Below, piece by piece: positions 39,625-49,503 of a stretch of 64,000 nt of DNA; position 1 is the first letter of the stretch; each line of letters starts with the position of its first letter. Source of the DNA: Pelomyxa schiedti (Eukaryota; Protista; Evosea); the NCBI GenBank assembly GCA_020536535.1, contig JAHLWZ010000590.1, forward strand, positions 42,147-106,146. The letters are read 5' to 3'. The notes beneath the pieces are model-generated. The model worked only from the letters and a program-made list of their open reading frames with translations, did not search any database and was not told the DNA's origin. The position numbers and the translations under genes are program-made.

Positions 39625-40460
39625 CGATGTGGGCGTTTATTAATTGGACAAAAAAGGTTTAATGGTAAAATGGGCCATGGGGCCAGGGTTGCAGCTGGTA
39701 CTGGTCTGGATGGATGGAGTGTTGGTTATAGAGGGTGTGGGTGTTACTGGTGGCAAAAGTGGGTGGGTGATTGAGAAAAGGTGTGTTTACTGGTGGCATG
39801 GAGGGTGGGATTGTAAGTGAATTTGGGAGGTATGGTGGCTGGTTCATCTGGTCTGTTTGGGCATTCTAATCCTAATGCCACCCGAAACTCTCGTTCTGCC
39901 AAGTGTGGCGGTAAGTTAGAAGTATGGTGCAGATAGAGTTGATTGAGTTGCACAGCAGACTTTTTGATGGTATTTGGTGATGCCGGCAGAACATTAAGGG
40001 CCTTTAGAGGATTCAACTTAATTTCTGCTCTGAGGTTTTTAAGGTGGCTACATGAGTATAGGATGTGCTTGACACTTTCAGGTGAGTCACAGCCATGCCT
40101 GCACATGGGGGACACCTTTGAAAAGTGGGCTCTTTTGTTGTTCAGACATCGGATGTTAAGGGCAGTGCACATTGCACTGTTTCTCACAGATGGATTCAAG
40201 CCTGGCACATTCAGATTTTGCACCATGGTGTACCAGTGACTTGATGAGAAATGTTCATGCATGTCTTTAGTTTCGTGTGGAGGGGTTTTTGAGATCGTCT
40301 TTTCATGAGTTCTTTGAAATCTCAGATGGACTGGTTCCCTCAAAGTCCAGTCTGATACAGCAGCAATAAAGCTTAGTGGAGTAGATCTGGGGATTGAGCA
40401 GGGATTTTTCCTGTTGGGGTGTCGGAACGCTGCCACTGCTATGGCTCTATTCCATTGGTA
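39625..40460 (-). mobile_element. 5'-truncated non-LTR retrotransposon remnant (C-terminal zinc-binding region)
   Basis: The ORF contains CRHGCDSPESVKHILYSC, the C..C...E(S/T)..H....C motif typical of LINE ORF2 C-termini. AATAAA lies downstream on the - strand. No RT core is visible. Confidence 0.6.
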
Positions 40461-40507
40461 CATATAAGCCCGCGAACGCCCAATCAGGCTACCGTGACAG
40501 CATATAT

Positions 40508-41050
40508 AGTACAACAGAGGCTATTGTTACATTTGCAGCAAAAACACCCTTCCTTCTTCTTCTTCTTCTGGTAGATAATACAGGCGGGGGAATTGCCTCG
40601 TGCTCAGCACCACCCTCACTCAGTGAGGGGGAAGAGGTTCCCCCCAAGCCGCCTCTCTATTGCACAGAGAGGATAGTGCTAAGTGCCTGCTATCAGAGTC
40701 AATTCAATTAATTATTAACCACGCTACTTACTTTGTTGACATTAACAGAACATATAGGGTGCATCTGGATCAGCAAGGAGCATTTGGAGCAGTGCTTGGG
40801 AGTACATTTGAGAGCGGGTGGTGTGCATTTTTGGGAGCATTTTGCGGAGCGGAGCGGAGCGGAGCGGCGCATTTGGGAGCTGGGGGAGTTTGGGTGGGTC
40901 TGGCAGCATCAGTCATTTTGGGGATAGCCAGCAGCAAAGCAAGCAAGCAAGCAAGCAGCATTTTGGGGCATACAGAGTACAACAGAGGCTATTGTTACAT
41001 TTGCAGCAAAAACACCCTTCTTCTTCTTCTGGTAGATAATACAGGCGGGG
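40508..41050 (+). repeat. Pair of ~80-nt direct repeats (40508-40590 and 40976-41050)
   Basis: agtacaacagaggctattgttacatttgcagcaaaaacaccctt(ctt)nctggtagataatacaggcggggg occurs twice, differing only in the (ctt)n tract. Confidence 0.9.
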
Positions 41051-41249
41051 GGGTGGTTACCTTCATCCCGTAGTGGCCGTAGTTGCTGGAGAAAAAAAAC
41101 GGTTTTTGGTTCCTGAAAAATGAAAAACCAAGTAGGAACCCTTCGGCTCCCACAATTCATAAAGAGGAAAAATGTTGGAGGAAAAAGCCAGTCAGTCAAG
41201 ATTTCCCTGACGAGGGAAGCTCCCATGGTTCGCAAAACAACCAAACAGG

Positions 41250-41380
41250 GCTCCTAGTTCTAGACAGCCAATCTGGAGGTCAGGGTTCGAATCCCTGCCT
41301 GGGGACAGACCGACGGCGGAAACTTCACTGTCACACAACAGCAACCCCAGGTGGTGTAATGGTAGCACTCTTCTAGGAGC
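41250..41380 (+). tRNA. Candidate circularly permuted tRNA, anticodon GCC (Gly): 3' part 41260-41305 precedes 5' part 41345-41371
   Basis: 3' part: CTAGA-CAGCCAA-TCTGG, AGGT, CAGGG-TTCGAAT-CCCTG, CCTGGGG-A. 5' part: CCCCAGG-TG-GTGT-AATGGTA-GCAC-T. The acceptor stem pairs 7/7. The flanks GCTCCTAG and CTAGGAGC are complementary. A33 is non-canonical. Confidence 0.7.
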
Positions 41381-42137
41381 ACTTGGCTGCGCTTTCCCCC
41401 AACCTTCCCTCCTGCACGTCATTTTTTTTTTCCTCTCTCCAGAGAACCGGTTCTTAGAAATCAGCACCGCAATAACAACGAAACGAAAGAGCACAATAAC
41501 TGCCACATCAACTAGTACAGCCAATAACGCGAAGGACGGGAGTGGGTGGTTGCATCACTGAAGCAACTCTAAGACCATCATTGGAGGGCACAAGCCACGC
41601 ACCTAGGGCGAGTGCAGGGCGAGTGCTTGATGGGTTCTCAGCTCAACAGTCAATAATTATTGGACAAAACAACCTAGTATATCTAAAGAAAAGAAGCCAC
41701 AGTAAGCCGCGAATCCAAAAACATTTAGACGCACGGCAATAAGGGGATTTCATTTATGGTGTAGCTTGAAGATAAATGCAAACCTTTACTGCCACCGAAT
41801 GACTTGCCACGTTCCTTTTTTTTGTTAATGACATTTGTTTGTGAGGTTCCTTGACAACTTGTAGTGTTCATCAATTTCATCAGTGTAACTCTTGTGCGTT
41901 TCTCAGTGGATTTCTTGTGATTTGTCGAGTTCCAATAAATCCTTGTTCGTTCTCAGAACCTCGTTGTGGAAAAAGAACAGAAAGGCCCGAGGAAGGTTCA
42001 AGGAACTTTCAGAAATACGCGTCATCTGTACTCCAAAAGGCCTTTTTAAGTGTCCTCGGCGTTTTGCACAACTTTGTGAAAAAACACTTCTGTCTAGGAA
42101 CGCAACAAAAATAAAAGCAAACAGAACATTCTATTCC

Positions 42138-43807
42138 ATGGCAACACAGATGTATGGAGACGTCGCAGCCATTACAGGAGAGGCACGCTTTGAGTGCGCA
42201 GACGCTGTGACCGTGCGCATTGCTGCTGGTGAAGGACGCTGGTTGAACGTGGGTGTTCCAACTCTCCTTCTTTCGTTTTTGTTCTGTCAGTGCCGTGCTG
42301 TTGATTGATGTTTGTTGTTTTGTGTGCACACCCCACCCTTTGCCTTTTTTTTTCCCTTGTGTGTTGTAGTCTCTTCTGGAATTTAATCGTTGTCAACAAT
42401 AACAGATTATCAGTGCCACTTACGGAGGGGCAAATCCAAATAGGGATGTAACTGAAGCCATACGTAACCTCGTCGTCGACGAATCTTGGATCCATGTGGA
42501 AGGCGGAATTCACACCCGCATTGGAGACCCTGAACCAGGAGTTCCAAAGAGATTGGTCATTAATTACAAGTTCCTGCCCATTGAAAGTGAGATGAAAGTC
42601 TTCAGGTGCCACGACGGTGAGACTGTAGACATTACTCCACCAGAAAACTATATCCTCCATGTACAAAGTTTCCAAAGAAACTCTCTTGAACTAACATGAA
42701 CACCTCAGATTCTCCATGCTACATATGGCGGGGGGTTTCCAAAGCGCCAAGTCACATCCAAAGTAGCTGCTCTGGTCACTGGTACTGGCATCCACGTCAC
42801 TGGCGGCATACATACACGCATTGGAGACCCTGAGCCAGGCGTTCCCAAGACTCTGGTAATTTTCTACAAGTTCGTGGTATCAAGGAAGAAGTTCTTGTTC
42901 TTCGGATGCGCAGATGCCGAGCCTGTTTGCATTGTTGCTCCATCTGGATATACACTCAATGTTAGCTGTTCCCTCCGTTTTTGTTTTTCCAATGTGCGAT
43001 TCACTCACTCTGTCACAGGTCGTTGAGTCCACTTATGGAGGTGATGAACCAAATCGTGACGTTACGGCCTCAGTCCGAGCTTTGGTACACAATAGCACCG
43101 AGATTCGCGCCGAGCACGGGGGCATTCACCTTCTAATTGGAGACCCCGAGTTCGGCGTTCCCAAGACCTTCAACGTCACTTATAAATTCCTTCCTGATGG
43201 ACGCTCCCACGAGGAAATGGAATTCCACTGCGTCGACGGCGAACCAGTGCACATCCACGCGCCTCAAGGGAAGGGCCTCCAGGTACATTCATTCCTCGTT
43301 CTTCGTTTGGTGTCTCCAACAAACAACATGTACAGATCACCAACGCCACATATGGCGGAAACAATCCATCCCACGACGTCACTGACCTGGTATACGCCAT
43401 CGTCCAGCACAACGACTCCATTGATGTTGATGGTGGAATTCACACCCAAATTGGTGACCCAGAGCCCGGCGTTCCTAAGAAGTTCGTACTCCATTACAAG
43501 TTTGTAGCACTGCCGCTAGAAGCAGCATTCACTTGCGGTGACTTTGAACCTGTTCACATTGCTGCCCCGCATGGCTATTCCCTTCAGGTTCACTTCCTTT
43601 GTTTCCTTTCCCTACGGTGACCCAAATCAGATTGCACGGGCAACCTATGGTGGGCACAATCCCCAGCGTGATGTCACTGATAAAGTGTCTGCACTGGTTT
43701 CTTCGGGGGCAATCAATGTTGATGGTGGAATTCATACCCAAATTGGGGACCCTGAGCCAGGAGTAGGCAAGAGGCTCGAAATTCTTTACGCATTCGTTCA
43801 CTTATGA
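42138..43807 (+). CDS. Five tandem SUEL/rhamnose-binding-lectin-like domains, no signal peptide; six exons
   Basis: Repeated unit FxCxDxxxVxIxAPxGxxL|IxxATYGG...DVT..V..LV...GGIHT.IGDPEPGVPK.L...Y. Five phase-0 introns at 42249-42405, 42661-42708, 42961-43018, 43283-43335 and 43588-43630. Confidence 0.8.
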
Positions 43808-43941
43808 AAACACTATTGAAAGCACAACAAAAAGGATTTGTGTTGTCCCAACTCGTGCATTTATTTTCAGAGGCGTGGGTTTTAAATGGAAAGAGCAAAA
43901 AAAAATCTCCTACGTTTGAATCAAAATTTTTCTGTTTACTA

Positions 43942-45593
43942 TTACACAAAATAACGGGCACTCCAGTCCGGCTCTCTGAATATTGACCTCTCAGTTACCT
44001 TGCGGCACACGCTGTCAAACACCGTCTCAGGGCTTGGAACATGCCTAATGATGTCATTCAGCAAGCCGAACTTGATTAGCTGGTGGGGATCAATGTTTTG
44101 TGCTCGAAATACACTCGTATCTCGTGAGAAATTAACACCAGGTCTCAGTCTAGCATACCTTAGATTGTTGGTTAGATTTGTATTTTGTATTTTGTATTTT
44201 ACTGTGCGAATATGGCACTAAATCTTGGAGGGCTGTCGGGCACTGCCGCAACGTAACGGACACATTCTTCCTGCAGTTCAGTATTTGTTGCTAAGATGTG
44301 TATACGTGGAGTAACACAGAAGTGATGTGCAAAGTGATAGACCTCTTTTGTCAAAAGAGATATTAGAGGGAAAAAGTTTTTGAATTGTGAGTGGAAATGA
44401 TAGGGCTACCAGTTATTCCTACATGGTTTTCGGCGATAAGTTCATCAAGGTATTTCTGCACAGTAGGCAAATCTAAACCAGACATTGCAGAAATTTTTTT
44501 CACATGGTTCAGTCCGTCTGTAATGTAGGGAAGTAGTTGACGGACTGGCAGGGAAAAGGATTGAATGCTTTCCATAAGTTCCGTAGGTTTGAAACAAAAT
44601 GGAATCTATTACAGAAAAGAAGTGAGCGAAATCAAAAGAAAAGCAATCATGTAAAAGTAAAGCACACTTGTTCAAGGTACTGTGGCTGTATTTGAACTGG
44701 TTGAGCAAGTTTCAGTGTTGTTGGTGGTATTCCCCCAAGCTGCAGTGTACACACTCCGTTATTATTTAGTTCTTCTAAGACTTGATTTAGCAATCTACTC
44801 GTTTTGTTGGTTATCAAGGAGAGAACAATTCATTACTTGGGTAGTGTGGCCTTGGTATCTGCTTTCGACAAGAAGCTTGCATCCTGCTCAGCTTGGAGCA
44901 AGTAATTATTCAAAGTCTTCACAATGTCATCATATTGAACAGACTTGTCCCAAGGAACACAATCCGGCAGTACAAATATTACATTGAACAACAAAGCATT
45001 CCTTCCAAGAATTAAAAACTGGAACAACTTCTCACACTACCCAAAAACCAAATAACTGGAACCAAAAAAAAAAAAAAAGTAAACAGTATATTACATAAGC
45101 AGGCCTACCATCATGAATACATACGTATTTCAAGTAACAAACAAATGCGCCCCAAAACCAACCTGGAATACTTTGACTTGGCGATTAGAATAGGGAACCC
45201 AGTGAGCTTCCTGCCCCTCGTGTCGACGATGCCCACGTTGGTCCCGCACAGCGCGTCCTTGGGTATCACGTACTTTGACACGGCCATGAACTCGTCGCGG
45301 CTCATGAAGCCCTCGGGAGCCTGGTGCACAACCAGGGGCCCCAGTGCGTTGTCGAACTCGCAGTAGGCCACGCACGACAGCGTCCCGTAATACATGCCGC
45401 CCCCGCCGCCGCCGACGCCGACGCCCCCGCTGCCGCTGCGGCTCGCGCTCGCGCTCCCGCCACCCCCGCTCCCGTTGCTGTTACTGCGGCCGATGGCGGA
45501 TGCCGGGCTGTTGCGGCTGCTGTTGGTGCTGGGAGACCGTGTCGTGGTGGTGGCTGTTGGTGTTGTGCTGGTTGAAAGGTCGGCGTCGTCCAT
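43942..45593 (-). CDS. NPRL2: GATOR1 subunit NPRL2/Npr2; multi-exon
   Basis: YCEFDNALGPLVVHQAPEGFMSRDEFMAVSKYVIPKDALC...GFPILIAKSKYSR|NALLFNVIFV, and C-terminal IDPHQLIKFGLLNDIIRH. Confidence 0.85.
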
Positions 45594-45825
45594 CCGGATC
45601 GATTAATTCGAGGTTTGCACCGAAAAGTATCACGGACTGAACTGACTTGTGTGCTGCTGGCCGAAGAAAAACTCCAGACCACACAATGAAGTCATAGCTC
45701 TTAATGCCTCCCAGCATCTGAGAAGCAGGCGCACAGAAATGGACTCCTCGGAATCAGGAGAAGGGTATCGGTGATTTTTCCCAACTTCTTCTGAAACATC
45801 AAGTGGCACCACTAAAAAGGGGTGG

Positions 45826-48561
45826 ATGGCGTCCACAACGAACTTGCCAGGCACTACGACGACACCTACTTCTGCGATCCACACTGGTGGCCGCCCACCG
45901 GTTTGTTCTGAACATCTTCTTATGCTCTCTTCTTTGGCTCATGTCGATTCACTGTGAATGTATCACAGACTTTTGTGTGCCACATCTGCGGGGGCGTACT
46001 CGTTGATCCCGTGACGTTTCCCGTGTGCCTCCACAGTGTGTGCCTCGTTTGTGCCGAGAAAAAGTTGGCCGGTGACCCTTCGCTCGGGGTAACTGGATGT
46101 TTGGTTTCTCCCTCCAAAAAAAACACATGTTCAGGAGATCGAGTGTGGATTCGGGTGTGGAACGGCACTCAAGTCGACGTCGCTGACTGTCAACGTGGAC
46201 CTGAGATCGGTCATTGGTGGCGCAAGGCTCTTGTCGGATCATAGAACACAAACTCCAACGAACGGTGAGGGTGCACGTGGCACCAGAGAGGGGGACCTCT
46301 GCAGTCTGTGTAAAGTTAGGCCTGCATCATTCAAGTGTGAAACTTGTGGATTGGTTTGTATCTCTCTCTCTCTCTTTTTTTTTTTTTTTTTTTTCAGATT
46401 TTTAAAAGTCATTTGTGTCCAGCTGTGCTCGAAACATTTGAACAAATTGCATTCAATGCCAGCATTCAAGGCACATGTAGTTGTTGACTTGGGAATAAGT
46501 TCTGTAGATATCGGAGCCATCTCCCCCTCAAGGCACTGCATCCTCCACAAGAAAGAAATGGAACTGTTTTGCAAACAGTGCAATGAAATCATTTGTGAAA
46601 ACTGTTGGGCTATTGGTGCTGTATGTTCCCCTCTTCTTCATTCTATGCAAATGATTGAATTGAGGATTAATTTAATAACCTGTAACTCACCCTTTTGTCA
46701 CTCAGCATAGGAAACACGAGTGCATTGACATTTTTGAGGCGAGAAAGCTGCTTGTTCCACAAATTGGTTCGAAAAATGAAGCACTTCTTTCCAGTAGGAG
46801 GGCTGAATTGATGGTCCGCATTGTTATTTGTTGTATTCCAGGCTCTAACCACTCTCAAAACTTTTTTTTTTTTGTTAGACTTTCAGGTCACAGCTGGAAA
46901 CAATCAAGGGGGAAACAGAGTCAGAAGAAAGGAATAGATGCAATGTGATCAAAGATACTGTTTGTTACCGTTCTTGTCCCCATTTTTTTAACGTCTCAAT
47001 CAAGATCACCCACTTGCACCAGTTATTGGAAGCAAAGCAGAAGGAACTATGCGACTTCGTTGAAAGGGAGCAACAAGTGAAAGTTCACAAATTAGAGGCG
47101 CAACGTAAATCCATTAATGACCATATTTCAGTAGTTGAATGTGGCGTGTGTTATCCACCTGTCCTTCTTCCATTCTAAATATGATTGCAGATTTCATTTA
47201 CTAATATGGCCAACCAAAGAGTGAGTGACAAAGATCCGTTTAGCTTTGTGAGTCTTGGAACTGTTGCCATACATGCAACGACCTTAGTGTCACAGTTCCC
47301 GAGTGGGAGTGCACTGGTTCCGAGTGCATCAGCGCGACTTGAAGAAGCGCCGCTTGACGGCAGTCACCTCGCGACAGCCATTAGGGACTTGACTCTTCTT
47401 CCGCCAGGTATCTCCTAAAAACAGATACAGGCAATGTAACATAACCACAAATTAAATTAACAGCTGATGCATCACAAAGTAAGCTTGTGGAAGCTGATAC
47501 AGGACCAATATTCATCCGCAAAGATACGACTGTTGTCGCAACAATACAAACTTGTGACAAAACAGGGAAGCCTTCTGCGTACACGTCAGAACTCACCTGT
47601 TCTTGTAAGGTATTTTCCTTTTTTCCAATTTTGCCCCCTGCCCACTCTTAATATACAAACGCACTGCCAAATGAGTAAACAGGCTTTTTTAGGGACCTGG
47701 GAATGAAGTGCCAGCGAAAATTTGGGTTGTGGAGAATCCAGAGAATAAGGGATCAGGCCACCTGATAGTGAGAATGACCCCGTGTGAGCATGGTGACTAC
47801 ACACTCACGGCACAAATCAATAACACCCACATCGTTGGGTCGCCTCTGACCATTTTCGTTGCTGATACTAAATCGTGTGTTCCTTCCAATCCTCCAAAAC
47901 ACTAACAATGGTTCTCTTCCCTTCTTATAGAGCCTTCCCAGGCAGCAAGATACTCACAACACTCGAACTTGACAACAAGTTGCACGAGATGGTTGTTGAT
48001 GCGGAGGGTGCCATGGGCCACAGGATGATAAATGCGAAGTGGCGGCTACTGTGGCGTGGATCAGACCACGGTTTCGCTGCTGCAAAGTTCCATGAACGGT
48101 GTGACAACGTAGCTCCAACAATCTCCATTATCACTGTATCACCAAATTGTATGTTTTCCTCACATAATGATTGATCCCAAGTACTAAAACACACAGATAT
48201 ATTTGGAGGATACACAAACATTCCATATTGTAGCAGAGAGGGTGACATAGGAGGGTGTGGAGGACACACGTTTGTATACAGCCTTGTGTATTCCGGCACC
48301 AAAACAGGCACAATCCAGAAATGCACCAACCACCGCTCATGCATCTACTTCCGCCCCGATTGGGGACCAACATATAATTGCAACGGCATCGACCTGGTCA
48401 TTCATGACAACTGCAACATACGTCCATTCAGCACCTCCGGCCTAGCGCTCAACAGTTGGGCTCAGCCGCCACCACCAAACGGCATTGACAAGTACGTTGC
48501 TGGCCTTCACCGCTTCCTGGTATCTAACATAGAGGTCTGGACTCCTACTCAGAGAAGTTGA
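45826..48561 (+). CDS. TRIM-like RING + B-box + coiled-coil + filamin-Ig + TLDc protein (paralogue 1); multi-exon
   Basis: CHICGG...CLHSVCLVC...CGFGC, CSLC...CETC...CSKHLNKLH, HCILHKKEMELFCKQCNEIICENC, GDYTLTAQINNTHIVGSPL, WRLLWRGSDHGFAAAKFHERCDN and IEVWTP. Confidence 0.85.
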
Positions 48562-48886
48562 GGGCACTACTCAAAAAAAAAAAAACAGAAAATGTTTGGC
48601 ATTTTTTTTATTATTGCTCAATACTAGAACTTTTTCTGATGAAGAAGCCAGGATCGTGCCACACGGAGACTGCTTGTAGATAATGTTCCTATAGCATGTT
48701 TTCCAAATCAAGAGAGAGCATCAGTCCACGATTGTGTGAGGGAAAAATGAAGCTAATCATTGCATAGTTGGCTTCCGCACCAGAGTCATTGGCAATGTAA
48801 TAGTGGGATGTCAATGATAATACTTCACACACAGCAAAAAAGAGCATTGGCTGGCCCATGATGTTATTGGTTTGGCGCACCAAAAA

Positions 48887-49330
48887 TCAGAAGTCATTGT
48901 ACAGCAGGTCGTACTTTGGAATCTTTGACGGGTCAATTGGGCACGTGACGACGACTTTGCCACGAGAAGCTCCCCTGTACACGACTTCGACGAGGTCGAT
49001 GAAGTCCTGCTTCTCGCGGAACGCGCCGATGAACTTGGTGTGGTCGTGGGTCCCATAATCGCACTTGATGTGCCTGCCGTCGAAGAAGAAGATCGTCGCG
49101 GGGTGCAGCGTGATGTCGAAGTAGCGCGTGTACACGGGCACGGCGTCGACGTCGACGGCGTACACGCACGCCATGCGCTGCAGCGGCCGCACGCAGCGCA
49201 GGAGGACGTCGTCGAGCATCATGCACGTCGCGTCGTCGGACTTGCCGAACCGAAGCACCACTACTTTGCCCGCTGTCCCCCGTATCACTTGGTCTATGTC
49301 CCTCTTGGATGTCAAGGCAGGTAGCTCCAT
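48887..49330 (-). CDS. TXNL4B: Thioredoxin-like protein 4B (Dim2), intronless
   Basis: VVLRFG...[48 protein letters not shown]. Confidence 0.9.
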   Translation of the reverse strand: MELPALTSKRDIDQVIRGTAGKVVVLRFGKSDDATCMMLDDVLLRCVRPLQRMACVYAVDVDAVPVYTRYFDITLHPATIFFFDGRHIKCDYGTHDHTKFIGAFREKQDFIDLVEVVYRGASRGKVVVTCPIDPSKIPKYDLLYNDF

Positions 49331-49503
49331 GTTGTAGTGTAAGCTACAGATCTACCCAAAAAGAATTCAGAAGGGGATTTGTTGCCCCATAATCTCGACT
49401 GCGGGAGCTGGAAGGTCCAAAAAACTACTCTCACTTTCATATTCCTCAGAGTAGTGGGTCCGGTGTACTGTTCGGTATTCCGTTGGTTCAGTGAACAAAT
49501 AAC

